Part shown: positions 24,329 to 38,749 of the stretch, one piece after another | How positions within the stretch are numbered: position 1 is the stretch's first letter | Layout: the number at the start of each line of letters is the position of its first letter | Origin: Oopsacas minuta | Taxonomy: Eukaryota > Animalia > Porifera | Direction: 5' to 3' | DNA: 64,000 bases | Assembly: GCA_024704765.1 (NCBI GenBank) | Contig: JAKMXF010000352.1 | Span: 62,001-126,000, forward strand | Position numbers and translations under genes: made by a program | Notes under the pieces: generated by a model | Seen by the model: only the letters and a program-made list of their open reading frames with translations | Databases searched by the model: none | What the model was told of the DNA's origin: nothing

Positions 24329-25765
24329 TACTTATGGATCCAGACTTGATCGAAAGCTATATTGTCATATTCATATTGTAAACTCCACAATTCAGGAAAG
24401 AAGTCTAAGTCGGGTCTTTTGGCGAAGTTGATACTAATGAATAAACTTATATGTTATTAAATAATATTGTTGATAACAGTGTTTAATACAATAACTATGA
24501 AAGTTTTAAATTTCAAGAACTGGCCATCAAGTGTGTGAATTCAAATTTACTTCAACAGCAGTTTCAACATTATGCGGATTATCTCATCGATACCTAATAC
24601 AATTTCTTGCAACTTCACTCCCGAGTCCAGAAAATATGCCACCAAAAGTATTTTACAGATTACTTTAATACAATTAACATTTTGGTAACACACCTAACAA
24701 TTTACTGAGACACACAAGAGTGCTGAGTGTATAATCACACAAGTAGAGAACCACTGGTATATTTCAATAAAGTATACAACAAAAGTGTTAAAATATGATA
24801 AATCATAGATTAAGGAGCCAAAATATATGAATTCAAATTATATTTTTCATACTCAATCTACACTGACTAAGAAATGAAAAATCTCCAAATAGAAATTGGA
24901 TATGAGTTGAAATGAAAAAAAGGAGTACTATTCATCTGGGTTTTAGAATTATCAGAGTGAGAAAATCTCAAAATGGGCCCCAAACATCCAATAAAGGCAA
25001 AAAACTAATCTCTACATGCTTTTGTATAAAGGTGTGAAAATATGATTGACTATCCACCAAAATGGTATGAAAATTTGTATTATGAAATAATCGTCCTCCA
25101 GTAGCAAATACAGTTTCATTTTGGAGCTTTCAGACGTTAGTAGAGGCCCATGCAATCCCTTTCACAAGCCCATATTGGCCAAGACACACAGGATGGTAAA
25201 GTTCCAAACCAAAAATAGAACTCCTGACAAACTTCTTACGCTGAATTTGAATAAAGTACTTAGAATATTCTGAGGTCTTGAATTCGTTGGGGTATATACT
25301 AAAATTAATTAAAATGCTACATTTGGCGCGCAGCTCGGACGGAGGTCGCACATCGTCGATGCTATTAGGAAGTCTCGCTATGGGAGCTACACGAATTAAT
25401 AATTTAGCCCACAAGCAGATAACTCTTTGAATTTGTAGACCACTGTCATCAAAGAAAAATAAGGCATTTATCGAGGAAGGAGTGCGAAGTTACTAAGTAT
25501 ACATTTGATTCCCCTTATCATTAATTGAGAAGAGAGAATGGATATTATATAAAACAAATTCGGAAATTTGAAAGATTAGAAACATCAGAAAACAACTAAC
25601 ATAGTGTATACTATTTGTAATAATGAACAAACAAAAACCAAGTTATGTTCTATTTATGCCTCCTGTCTCACTTGGCAGAGCGTAGAGGACCGGAAACCAA
25701 TATAATGTTGTTAATACTAAACAAATAATTTGCTAAAAAATTGGATCACACTGCGAAATTCAAGG

Positions 25766-27010
25766 TTATATAATCTTGGAAATAGAATCGACACCAGGCA
25801 TAATTGGAAATGGATGTGCTTCAGTATTGAAAACCCACTTATCAAGGGGGTAGACGCTGTTATCAGAAAATGTTAAAAAGAGATACTTCAACGTCTCAGC
25901 AAGAAAAAATGATTGTTGCACATCATCAAATTGTGTAGGAATAGAATAAACGCTACGAATACCACTATAACCATTTTCAGTGCGTGTATGCTTTTCCAAT
26001 GCCAACACAGCTTCCCATGCCCAATCCCTATATAATTGTTTCCCAGTCACACGCCACAACACAAAATATGATTCCACCGTCTCAGGACGAAGCAAGTATA
26101 CATATTCATTAGGTCGATTCGCCCGAGCTTCAATACCTCCATTGAAATAAAATACTTCAGGACCTAATTTTGTATCAGATCTGTCATAACTTTCATGACA
26201 TGTCTTGGTTAACTCTTCTCCTATTTCTAAATAATCACTATTCATAGTACCAGGCGCATCAATAGAACTCAAAGCAAACAACCCACCTGAAAAACAGCCT
26301 AAGTGATCCATTTTGTTCTCAGTTCTCCCATTTTTCAAATCAGCAATAAACAATAACCCAGTACTTGAACGCTTCAACATATGATTCCGAATTGCTTCCA
26401 TAGCGTCAAAGTACATTTCTTTAGAATTCGCGTCTGTACGACTAGTTAGTAGATATGTTTTGTATAAATACTCATAGAAACTGTCACCAAGTGCACCTAA
26501 ACTCATATGAGCTTGCCCCCATGATTTTGAATGTGGATTAATGTAGTTAGGGTATAGACCATTGTTTTTGGGTAAATCCTTCAATATTGTCCTAACGTTT
26601 CGTACCTTTTCATAGTAAACTGGGTCATTGGTGAGATAACTGAGATACAAAAACTCTAAGTGAAGTGTACCAATTTCAGCCAAAATAGAGGATCCTCCAG
26701 CCCATCCCCAACTCTTACCACCACCAGTAATCGGGTTAATAAGCGAATATGGTATACCAGATGGCGAATTGAAAGCTGGTAACAAGAGGTCTGCACATTC
26801 CTTAGCTTTGTCCAGGAAAAGTTGATCTTGTGTCATTGTATATATTGAGATAAAACCAGCAACATATCGAATATTAATTTCGAATAATGATAAGTCAGAA
26901 GAAACTTTTAAATCAAACTTGGTCCTCACCCATTCTCGAGCCCTTTCGAATTCATCTTCCATTTTCATAATCCATAAGGTATCAAGACTGTCTACAATAG
27001 TAAGACCAAT
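25766..27010 (-). CDS. MAN1A: Golgi alpha-1,2-mannosidase (GH47), terminal exon 3
   Basis: AG acceptor at 27012-27011, then IGLTIVDSLDTLWIM, FEINIRY, LGALGDSFYEYLYK, MDHLGCF, LLRPETVES, QQSFFLAETLKY, FNTEAHP and a TAA stop at 25768-25766; 1245 nt, phase 0. Confidence 0.97.
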   Translation of the reverse strand: MGLTIVDSLDTLWIMKMEDEFERAREWVRTKFDLKVSSDLSLFEINIRYVAGFISIYTMTQDQLFLDKAKECADLLLPAFNSPSGIPYSLINPITGGGKSWGWAGGSSILAEIGTLHLEFLYLSYLTNDPVYYEKVRNVRTILKDLPKNNGLYPNYINPHSKSWGQAHMSLGALGDSFYEYLYKTYLLTSRTDANSKEMYFDAMEAIRNHMLKRSSTGLLFIADLKNGRTENKMDHLGCFSGGLFALSSIDAPGTMNSDYLEIGEELTKTCHESYDRSDTKLGPEVFYFNGGIEARANRPNEYVYLLRPETVESYFVLWRVTGKQLYRDWAWEAVLALEKHTRTENGYSGIRSVYSIPTQFDDVQQSFFLAETLKYLFLTFSDNSVYPLDKWVFNTEAHPFPIMPGVDSISKII

Positions 27011-28789
27011 CTATATAATAAGCACTGAATAATAAAGATATCATTAGTCGTGGAGTACTATTCTATAGAGAAATAACACACTATCAAATTGTGAGATAAA
27101 TATTTTTGACAAAAAACCTTGTAAACTTAAGTATGCAAAAAGTGTAATGGTAAGAGGAGAATAAACACCACTAATAAATAAAGATGCAGAATGTGTACAC
27201 AAAAACGACATTTCACTGATGTCAAATTCACTCCAACTCATACTTCAAAAATTTCGCACAAAGTCATCGACAAGAAGTGTCCAAAAAGTGTGAATAAAAT
27301 AACAAACAAGAAATCTCTGCTGAAGAAAGGAAGCACCTTGAAAATTAATATGATAAACAAACCACACTTACATTACATATATAGGATCTATTGTGGGGAT
27401 TAGATTTTAACCGCAACCATAAAAATGGAGATCAGTCCCTCTGGCATAGAGGAGCAAAATAACACCCTACTAAATCATATTTCTATTCAAAATAAGAAAA
27501 TACTAGATTAGATACCATTTTGAAATACTAATTGGCTATCGTGCCCTAAATCGGAGCCTACTAGCTCGAATTAGGCTACAAGAAGTGCAGTGGTATGTGA
27601 AATGTGACATTCCCTTTCTTTTGGTATTATATACGATGAAGAACTGTTACACAGGGAGGGGGGCTAAAATCTCTGGAAGCCTGCGATAGGTACCGTTTAA
27701 AGGGGTTCCTCATATGTTTTCGCTGCTCATCAAGTTCATGGTACACCTGACAATTGTGATCTAAAAATATCTTAAGCATTAAGCCTCACAACACGAGTAC
27801 CGATGCTTCGTATATATAAATGTTAAAAAAGAATGTGTATGTCTGATATTTCAAAAGTATCCACAGTAAGTATCTGTGGATGCTGTTGAAATAAGAAGAA
27901 GATCAATGTAACTACTACATTAGAATGTCTGGAACTGTCATTAAATTAGTAATAATTTATTGCTTGGCAAGCAAGATTCTGATCCCCTACCAAATAACCC
28001 CTGGTCATACAAAAGACACGGGTTGCACATATTAATCACTAGAGCAGTGTATTCAAACTCTCATGGGCTATAGTAACACTTTAAGGAAAGTTTGAATCAT
28101 GATCAGATGCAACCATCAGTTTTGTCATGTTTTGTCACGTTTGATCAAGTCTAATCAAGCAGGTCAGGGTATTTGATCCTTAACGTGTTAAAATTAGAAG
28201 GTGTATACTTAAGCAATAGGCAATGTACACATATTGTGAAAATAAATATTCAAATGTCGAAATATATTCATTTGAATTCTTCATTGGGGCACAACTAATT
28301 CTGAATGAAATGATTTGAATCACATATTCAGCTCTAAATGATCATACATAACCGACAGAAATTCATGCCAGTTAAAGCTAAGGTCATTTCATGCATAATT
28401 TAGCAATAATTATACGAATGCACACACTCCGGCAAAAGGTAATCAAACAGCCAACCATAATTGCTACATGGTAACAATATCCATCGCACGCTGCGTGGAC
28501 TAAAAAATATGTCAGAAATTTATGAATATTTTCATATCAGAAAAATGAGAACAAGCCTATTCACGCTCTCATTTGTTCATAAGCATGGATTACTTCAGTC
28601 TATTCTATTACTTACCCATAATGTTCAAATACAATTTTATGAATATATTTTGAGACATAAATTTTTATGGTGACTAATTGTTATTTACTAGGCCACGACA
28701 CAAGCTATGTCGTTTGTATCAATTACCAATTCGCTGCATATCCTCTGACCCATTTTTAGTCAATTATTTTTCACCGATTACCTCACTCC

Positions 28790-31700
28790 CCAGCAAAACG
28801 CCTAATAGGTGTAGTGTGGCCAACTGCTCCTCCAATTATGACGGAACCAACTATACTCCAGAACCAACTATACTCCAGTGTTTGAAATGGCGAATCATTG
28901 GTCAAAAGAATTACAGGATGATTAGCGATGATTTATTCATAGAGATGATGCATGTGAATAGGCAAACTCCTCATCTGTTCGAAACATTTCAATGACGATG
29001 ACGTGTTACATCACTTCGATATTCCTATCGGTGATGGTTCATTAGAGAAAGTCTCAAGAGAGCCTGGTCTTATGAGAAATGCCATGCTTTTCAGTCCACC
29101 TAACTACCCTTCCTATTTACAAGGATCTTCTAAACAACCCGATCGTTTGGACCGAAATTAAATTGATATCCGATACTTTCGTCATACTCTTGTATTGAGT
29201 CGTGCTGAACATAAAAAGAAAACGATAACTTTCTATCTCTAATATTGATAATATCCAGTTAAATTATACGACAATTAACTTAACTGAGAAATAGACTTAT
29301 ATTCGCTCAAGTCAGGGTGCATTGCATATTTTCAAGAAGACACTATCTGGATGACTATTGACTATATTTCATCAGATCTGAATTGATGATGCTTTAAATA
29401 TGAGATGTTTTGTAAAGGAAGTTGAAGTTCCATCCATAATCACTCGCCTTTCTGATACTCGTCAAAATTATCAGATACCTCAAAAGTTTGACACACATGA
29501 ACATGATAATGTTGAAATTGGTATCAATACTGCTATTCATTCCGTTAGATCTACAATAGAAATTTAGAACTTGTGAAGAAGATACCCTCAACATGAAAAT
29601 ATTTAATTGACTGAAATATATTTGTGTCAACTTAAAATTTGAAAGTTTCGAAGAACCACCACCGATATAATGTATTAACATTGGTTCTATCTCTCAAACC
29701 TCAATTAATCTCTTCAGGTCGCCATAGTTATCTGCAATAATTAGATTGTACCCCTCATCCATCCACTCTCAAACGTCTCTATTCAAATATTGGTTTAGAC
29801 AAAAGTAATCAGATTATCTGAAGTTGCCATGCCAGGACTTCAACAAATTTACGAAACATGTTCTTCTTCAGTTGGGCAAATTCACGTAAGGTCAGATTAC
29901 ACTTATAAAGGGGTAACATTACGGTTCTTCTTTTGTATCTGATCCTGCCAAGTCGGTTCTAGCAGTTCAAGTTTCAAGTCATTCACAAAGTGGCCTGAAA
30001 TTGTGAAATTTCTACCATGTTGTAGTGCAAAATCTTCTACTTACCTCAAGTAGTGAATTAATTCAATATTGACATCGATAAGTATGATCATAAGGTAGCA
30101 GTAATTTGAACAGATGATTATCACTTGAACGTCAGTTTATTTAAGTCTCTAGCTGGTAGTACAAGTTTACAGCTAACTTGGCCAAACCCATCAGATCCTA
30201 ATAGATCCATTTTCTTAATGTTTGACCCGGTTCACATAGTGAAGTGCATCCGAAATAACTTGATAAATCAGAAGGATATTAATACAGCACATAACTTCCC
30301 ATCAATCGAACAATACTTTAGTAAAACATTTCCTAATTGATTTCGAACGCTTCATTCAAAGACCTCAGGTATATATACAAGTCCGAGGAGTGCTCAACTG
30401 TTAAGTTTGCTTATAAAAAAAAAATAACATCCAAAGTTGTCTAGCCATCCGTTCTTAAAAAGAAAGTTCCTTTAGTTCATGCAGTTTAGGATCTGTCAAC
30501 AACATATGCTGTGTTGATGTACAAGGGTTGTTCAATAAGTAATGAGACTAATGTATCGAATTCATATACTAGTTAATACAACTCTCAGTTAATATCAAAT
30601 TACAAGCCTAACTTGATTGTCTAACTTCTATACAATATACTTTCTATTCTACCAACATATTCTTCAGTACAAAGTTTAATTTGTATAGGATACTTTGTCC
30701 AACTAATGGATTTTACCAAAGAAGGAAAACGACAAATAATTTGGTACCTGTGGAAAAGGGGAAGACTGGTTCATAAATTCTCCGTAAAATGCAGGATATT
30801 TTCGGTGATGAATGTCCTTCGAAAGCCACCATAAATAGATGGATCGAACGTTTTGATAGTGGTGATGAGGAACTCCATGATGACCCTCGTCCAGATCGTC
30901 CGACTTCCTCAAAGCCCGAAGTAATATCGAGAGGGTCCAAACAATTTTGGACGAGGACAGACGAATAACCCTGCAAGAGTTAGAAGAGAGGTTAGGTATA
31001 TCAAAAGCCACACTACACTCGATTATCACTGAAGATCTGGAAATGTCCAAGTTAACTATGCGTTGGCCCTCAGAACTTCTTTCAAAAGAACAAAACATGA
31101 AATCGTAAGAGTTAAGCAAGAATTGCTTTCAAGATAAAAAGCAGAAGAAGACTTTTTGGTCGTATAATAACGAGGGGATGAAACAGAGTTTGATCATTAT
31201 GAACAAGAGAGCCAAACTCAATCGAAGCAGTGGAAGAGACGTGATGAACCTGACCCATCAAATTAAAGGCCGCAAAATCAGCCAAGGAAGAGAATGGCAA
31301 CAGTATATTGGGATAAGAAAGGAATTATCACCTCGACTGGTTGCCTGAGAAGAACACCATAAATAGTGATTACAACAGTGAAGAATTGGAAGAATTGCGT
31401 CAAGCGATTAAATGTGAGAGCTGAGACAATTTGACACGTGGCGTATTGCTGCAACATGACAACGCAAGGCCCATGTAAGCTCCAAGACAATGGCTGCAAT
31501 TGATGACTTAGATTTCGAATGCCTCCCTCACCCACCGAATAGTCCAGACCTGGCTCCCAGAGACTACTGGCTGTTTGGAGAGATGAAGAGACCTCTTCGA
31601 GGGAAGAGATTTGAGGATTTCAAAGTGCTGGAGTACGAAATATGACAGTGGGGAAAAAGGACCCCTAAAGAATTCTATACCACTGGGCTGGGAAAGTTAC

Positions 31701-32945
31701 CAGAAAGATGGAAACGATATATAATGTTAAAGGGGGAATTTAATCGAAATATTTCATAATCAATCATGATAAGTATAGGTTTACTAGATGAATTATGAAA
31801 AAAAGGCTCATTATTTATTGAAGAACTCTTGTATAATGGAAGAATATGATTACCAGCCACATATATCCATTTATTTCTCCCATTACCAGGTTTGGAAGAT
31901 ACGTAACATTCATAGTCCAGCGAAAGATATCTGACTATGTGAACCTGATTCAAAGGTTTCCCAGCTTGAATATGATCGTTCTGTGTTCATTTCAAAGTTT
32001 GTACCTCGGCTTCAGGATTAGAAGAGATATTGTTGCAGTGGTAGAGGTGGAAACTGAATTCACAAACATTTACCAGCTTAATTCACACTTATCAAGTTAT
32101 ACCAAGATTTATTGGTCATTTAACAAGCAGTGATTGTAGATTTTCTAGCATTTTGACAGGATTTCTAAAGACAATTCTCTTGAACAACACGTTGGTATTA
32201 CAGGTCAATGTCTGGCTGCAATTACACCATTTCAGTCAGCCAAATACTTGAGAGTGAACGTAAACTAAAGTATCTAACATCTTAAAGTTATACAAAGCTC
32301 AATACAGCAAATTTCACACTTCGATAATGGAATTTGTTAAGACTTCCTCATGTAACAATGAAATTGATAATACTGAAACACTCTAAACAGACCTGAGCAC
32401 ATACTCTTCTCTTCTCCATAACAAATTTGATTTTTCACCGATGACAAAAGTTCGCCAGTCCCTGGTTTTCAATACTGAATATGCGACATATACATAGTAT
32501 TTATATATCAAAATTGTATTCAAAGAAAGATATTTCCAATCCCACTACCTTATTATGTAATAATTGTGTATCTTGGCCGAAATACAATGAAACATTTGCA
32601 CTAGGGGGTGAAGGTTCTGACTTGAATCTGATACACTTAGCTGACAGAGGAGGACTTAAATATCCCCCAGATGAAGCTGTCAATACATTAATAACTCTGT
32701 GGAAAATCCTAAAAAGAATCGGACAAGACAATCGACTGATGAGACAACTTCTTGCTGCTGCCAGTAAACCTATTCTTAGTCAACTCTCAATTTCGAGGAT
32801 AGAATTTAAGAATTCTGATTTCTGGAGAATTGAGTACCATAGTTGTCTAGCACCATTCCATTGTTATCTCAGCAAAATACTATCTACCACCAGCAATTGT
32901 TCATTGAGGAATAAAGTTCGTAATAAAACTCGAAAAGTAACTTGA
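28790..32945 (+). pseudogene. decayed THAP-domain P-element-like transposon, interrupted by mariner copy B
   Basis: THAP start PNRCSVANCSSNY (about 28800), NVSLFKSL..IFLMFDPVHIVKCIRNN (30125-30340), LTGFL..SLEQH..YRSMSGCNY..SQILESERKL (about 32150-32270) and LADRGGLKYP (about 32640). The frame appears continuous across the TA insertion site. Confidence 0.8.
30522..31831 (+). mobile_element. dead mariner element, copy B (1310 bp), same family as 23059-24328
   Basis: TA|CAAGGGTTGTTCAATAAGTAATGAGAC at 30520 and GGCTCATTATTTATTGAAGAACTCTTG|TA ending 31831. It carries the same frameshifts as copy A. Confidence 0.93.
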
Positions 32946-33411
32946 AAAAATGCTTCAGGGAGTGAAAGAAGCAAGTACCCAAGTTAAATTCTGAATTGTG
33001 TATATACTTTCTAGTACATATGTGTATTGTATTCATAATTTTCATATACAGATTATTTATAATCATTGTAGTAGTCATAGCGATAAATAATCATCACCAC
33101 TATTCACCTCTATTGTACTTGTATCATTTTCAATGTAGACTATAATTAATGTCTCCCCATCATGTGTCGCAATTGTTGACATTTTGGATTTAAGACTTGA
33201 AGTAATCCATGGTTCATTACCGTGAATAGGCTATAGTTAAGTAGGCTATGTCTCAAGAACAATGTTTCATTGTATTAAGATTCAGGAATAGATGAAAGAT
33301 ACGGTTGACCCTCGCTAATCTAAACACAACCTAAAGATTCCAAAACCTTTGGAAATTATTCTATAACTTTTACAAAGATCTAATGGAATCCAATTATATT
33401 TAGATATACTA

Positions 33412-34617
33412 TAGGGTTGAAAATTAAGAAAGTATTACTCAAATATATCGTCTTTTGCCTTAATGCAGCTCTTCAGACGGACGATGAAGAAGTCTATACT
33501 GGCACACACATGATCATCCGGAATCTTTGACTACTCTCTTAATAATGTACTCTTAAGAACCTCAACTGAACAATGGGGTGTAGCGTTAACCCTCTCCTCC
33601 AATATGGACCATATAGAAAAGTCGAGGGGGTAAAGGTCCGGCGAACAAGGTGGCCAGTCTTCGGAAGAAATGACCCCCGAAAATTGGTCTTGCACCATTT
33701 TTGAGGGCTTTAGCCTTGTGAGCTGGGGTAGAATCTTGCTGGAATATCCATAGGTCGTTTCCAAAATGTGATTGTGCCCAAGGCTTCAAAACATTCTCAA
33801 GAATTGATTCCCGATAAACCGATTGGTTGATTTTCACACCTTGGGGGATAAATATCAAAGGTGTCCGACCAGCTGCAACAACCCCGGCTAATACCATCAC
33901 TGAAGCTGGTTTCTGAGTTCTAGAGACCCGGAAAGTAGATTCAGGCAAAGTACTCTTATCGGTGGCTAAAATCCTATGATTTTGCTTGTTTAGGACCTGC
34001 TGAACAGTAAATAATTTCTCATAAGAGAAAAGGATCTGCTTGTGTCGACCATTGGTGAAACATGAAAGCATGGCCTTGCATCTTTCCAACCACATACTTT
34101 TATTTTTGGCTGTAAGGAGTTATCTTTTTTTCATTGTACGCTTTCACGACCAAATCATTACAAACAAGCCACCGCATCGATTCCCTGTTTGTATTTGTTT
34201 CAATGGCCATTTTTCGGATTCTTCAGGCGGGATTTCGTTTAATCCGTTGTAGCACACTCTTGGTCAAAGAAATTGTCCGTGCAGCACGTGGACGGCCAGG
34301 TCGTAGTCGGTCTAACACGTCCCCTGTATCAGCAAACCGTGACAATTTCGCGAAATAAACATCCTATTGTAACTGAGCAAAGAGGCAATTTCACTTCTGC
34401 ATTTCTGGCATTGAATAACTCAATAACAGCTGAACGGTGAGTCTCCATTACAAAATATTGAAATTATAAAACTTCTAAGTGATATATAGCTGGTGTGATT
34501 TATTGAGATAAAATAGAATGTAGTAAAATATATTAGATAAGTTTCAACGCTATTGAATTATATTCATCTACAATATGGTAGTTTTAAAAGTTGTAACAGT
34601 ATTTATGTGTCACCCTA
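33412..34617 (-). mobile_element. dead maT (DD37D) element
   Basis: PGRPRAART..KRNP, ILFSYEKLF, KPASVMVLAG, FQQDSTPAH and WPPCSPDLYPLDFSIW; spacing is 37 after frameshift repair. Degenerate TATAGGGT / ACCCTATA ends. Confidence 0.85.
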
Positions 34618-35939
34618 TATATACCCCAAATGTTAGCAACCATTTATTGATTGTACAACATTCGAAAAAATATCTCATGCATCAGATAGTATTGTTTCAG
34701 AAAATTCGTAGAATATTTTGCAATTTGAATAAAGCCATTCGGATCAGTGAAAATGTACAGCAGTAATATATTATGGCAAAATAAATATGGCTAAATACCT
34801 ATATCTGGGAAAAGAAATGTTCACAAACGTGTATTTCCATCAATACACTGTATGATTGATTCCGATATTTGTGTCAGCTTGTCTCACTTAACCACACCCA
34901 ATAACTTCAAATTAGCATTTCAAGAGCATTTCAATCAGGGCCGTCGAGAGCCAGACCTGCCCTGGTAAAGTTTTAATGTGAGGCCTTGTCATATTATACA
35001 ACAATTTTAAGGTATATACGTGGATTAGTAAAGCTAGAGGTTACTGGTGTCAAATAAGTTGTAGAAGTCAATTTAATCACTCTACATCAATTGCTTTGGA
35101 ATTCGCATGGCATATACATCTACAAACTCTACTGGATTTTACTATTATTCTTGTTCTGTACAGGAGGAGGACTTAGTAAATTTGTACCTGGACTTTAGTT
35201 GAGATAAACCTACTGATTGTGTGAGCCCAAGAACCTAAACTCTCAAATTAGAGCATTTTGTTTTGTAAATCAATAATTCTCTCCAGTACAGTCGATATGT
35301 ACCTTTAGCTTTTGTTTTCCTGAAGTATTATTTGATAAACGCTAACCAAATTTGAGAACATATTAGTAAGATGATAGTAATAAAGTAATAAAGATGGCAT
35401 GCATATGTTCCACATCACCTAGTACCTGAGACAAAGTTAGTTTATATGTGTATTCAAGCGTACATTGTCTCTCTGAACACGAGCGTATGGAACTAGAAAA
35501 TATTTTGTGGGCGTAATGATTCTGACCAATGCTCCGCATATCCCTGTAGAGGCTCTAATTTCCCTATTGCCAGGTTAGACTCAGCAGTAGCCCTACACCA
35601 GGGGGAACATTAGTGCCCCACAAAAAATGGCTATGTAAACTAAATAGGTACAATAATCAAATGGATAACAGAAGTTATGTGCTGTTAGTAAATTATATAG
35701 TTAATATTGCGATATCATACAAGAAAACTTGTCAATGGTATTAAAAAGACATCGTGTTGGCTAAGTCAATTTCATTAAACATCATAGTAAGTGCATGTGA
35801 GCGCATTTTTCGTATTTAGCTAAGAACTAGTTTACAAGCGTCTACAGGTGACTCTCAAAATCTCAAATTCAAGTAAAGTCAGGACGACTGATGCATAAAT
35901 AGAAACTATAGTGAGGATCTATTTGATGATTTTGCTATT

Positions 35940-36395
35940 TTTATCCGTCTGTCTGTCTGTCTGTCTATTTATCTGTCTGTCAATTTGCAAGTTGGCAAGG
36001 GAAGGAGTTATGGAATGTTGCAGTGAACTTGAAATTCTGAATTCCGAAATGTCGCATAAATAATCAATTATCGCGGATACCGGAAAGCTAACGGAATTCA
36101 ATAAAATTTGGCTAAAGATATTGAACATGCTGAATCAGATGTTACATTATTAAGTAATCATGTATATTAATTAGCTATTTTATGAATACTAAGCAAACAA
36201 ATTTCTAAATAGTTTTAGAAACTTTGTTTCAATGGTTTTACCAAGGTACTCTGATTCTGAATTTCGCTATTTCAAGTCATGTTTAAATGCTAGGTCTCAA
36301 AATTAATAGAGGCAAGAAGTGTCAAGTTACAAGCGAAACCACAGTGTAGCAAGCCGGGCAGCATGAGTAAGCGAAGCTGCTCGTTATTTATTATA
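35940..36395. repeat. non-autonomous interspersed element with a (CTGT)n microsatellite and a GC-rich GCGAAGC end (Helentron/HINE-like)
   Basis: CGTCTGTCTGTCTGTCTG at about 35947-35965 and GCAAGCCGGGCAGCATGAGTAAGCGAAGCTGCTCG at about 36347-36383. The family assignment is inference only. Confidence 0.3.
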
Positions 36396-38749
36396 TACAA
36401 TCCAAACAATGTATTACAACTGGGTAACAAATCCCAATATAGTCGCAACAAATGAATACAATAGTATGACTGAAGATGAGCAAATTACTCATCCTAGGTG
36501 ATACGCTGGTATTCATTTGTTCGATTTTATTGGGATTCGTCATAATCTACACCTCATGAAACAATGTTTGAATATAGAGAAATTCAGGAATTGGGAGGAA
36601 ATTGAATTGTGTGAAAAATTGCTTATTCACAATGAGATCGATATTACTAATTCTTCAATAGTATGTATGTATATATGTATTAATGAAGTAAACTGAACCG
36701 AAATGAATTATCACTACAACTGATTTAAAGTTACTTAATTCAAAATTAGTCAGAAATACATTAAGCTAAAATATGATTATAATATATTATTGAACTATAA
36801 ATATCAAATTCACACTAATATCTGTGAATTACATCATTGTTACATTTAAAGATAAGCTAGAGAAAATATAATATTTGTGAGATCTAAAGAGTGGATTAAC
36901 TACATGTGACAGTGAAAGGTACATTTCTGAACTTCATCTTAACTATCATATTATACGTAAATGACTAATTCCCAATAATTTCCAGTTGCTACACTGTGTA
37001 TGAGCCGACATTCCATGCATAGTGTGGAAACTTACAATTATGGAGAAATTGTTAACTAAATAAAGTATAGTAAAGAAAAGCATCATAAATGTTCTTATCA
37101 CAAGTTGTATATACACAGTAGCTTGGTAGCAAGAAATAGGAATATTTCTTATGTTCAAAATTTGCCTATATTATGATTGATATCCTTGCGTGGACATCGT
37201 ACGAATACCAGTTTACAATTTAAATCATTGGGAAGCAATAGTGTTTATTAGACTACAGAGGGTAGGCAACATTTTGTCCTACACAGGGTGGAATTTAGGA
37301 GCGTGTTAAGACTGCCAGGGGCTCAGCAATTTGAAATCCCTCTGGATCTTAGCAAATTCTATGCCTAACTGGCTAGGTGGGATAATGGATCGAAAACGAT
37401 AAATGTGTTGGATAACGACGTGGAAAAGGTTGGGAAGCATAGTGCTAAATAATCAAGACTAAGATGTTGTTATCATTCCATAAATTATTTCGAAATGAAA
37501 GAAGCAATACATTGAGTATCCCAAATGGATGGAACGGAACCGAATGGAATGGAGATTGTTTGTTGTTTGATGCAGAATTGGCGTTGTAAATGACAGAACA
37601 TCGTTCTGTCATTACAATGCCAATTATACATTTTTCATTTTCACATTGCTTGTGATCAACTTTCTTAGGGAGCCAAAATTTAAGTCTTGCAAGTAGGAAA
37701 TATTCAGATATTGCCAAAATTTTGAAATATCATTCTGATTGCATAACACACACACACATTTCAGGAAATGCGACCAATACTACATGTAATAGAAATGATT
37801 TTTCCATGAGATTGCCAGATAAATGGGCTACCTTTGCTTCTAACTGAAATAATTTCTTCTCGTGTATACTACATAATCAATACAACGGATTGTAGTATAT
37901 AGCTATCATCAAATAGAACCAACAATTAATATAGTTTTAGAGAGGTAAACCAGAAAACATGCTAATAATAGCATACAATAACAGAACAAATCCATTAAAA
38001 TGAATATTTTAAGACCTCTCCATGGGTGCTAAATATATGTAATATTCCCCAAGTTGGAAACACTGATATAGACATGGATCCAAAAAAGAAAGAACACACT
38101 TAACGAAGCCATATAGATAATCTGCTACAAAATTGATATCGAAAACTAGCAATGATAAAGGCATTTGATTTGTGTGTGGAAATATTGCATAGATGGTGTA
38201 TTTCCACGGTTTGCGGAAAATATCATCAAATAGGTCATATAGACCGAATCTTATAGGCGATACACACAAAAGCCGAGGGAATGGCCCAATGGGGAAAATG
38301 TACGAACCAAAATGTGTCAGAAAAGATTTTAATCAATGGATCTAAGGATGTTCAGGACCAAATTTAACATCAGAGATGTCAAATTGGCAGAAAACCTTGG
38401 AGATATGTGCACGAATCGACGAAATTTGGGATTTCAGCTAAAATGTTAGTTAAGATATACAGGCTGTTATATTTGGTTGATATTAATGTGGTGGTATGCT
38501 TTAACCAATGTAAATGTATTATTGATTCTTGATACACCATAATCTATATCTACAAGGTATTTCCAGGCCACCACAACGTCATCAGATTGCTCACTTAGCA
38601 AATATCACAGAGACTGTTGAAATTTTGAAATTATACAGTGCCGGTCAAAAAGAATTGCTCAAAATGAATGTACACAGTATAGTAAATGTCAAATTCTATA
38701 CACTGACCAGATAGTTGAATTCTTGCGAAACCATACTCAGCCATATGTA

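Noticed and set aside
25130-25500. First exon of a second host gene downstream of the mannosidase
   Set aside because: No ATG/splice support or recognisable domain was found.
37520-37555. (TGGAA)n satellite
   Set aside because: Only about five degenerate units; too short to call a satellite array.
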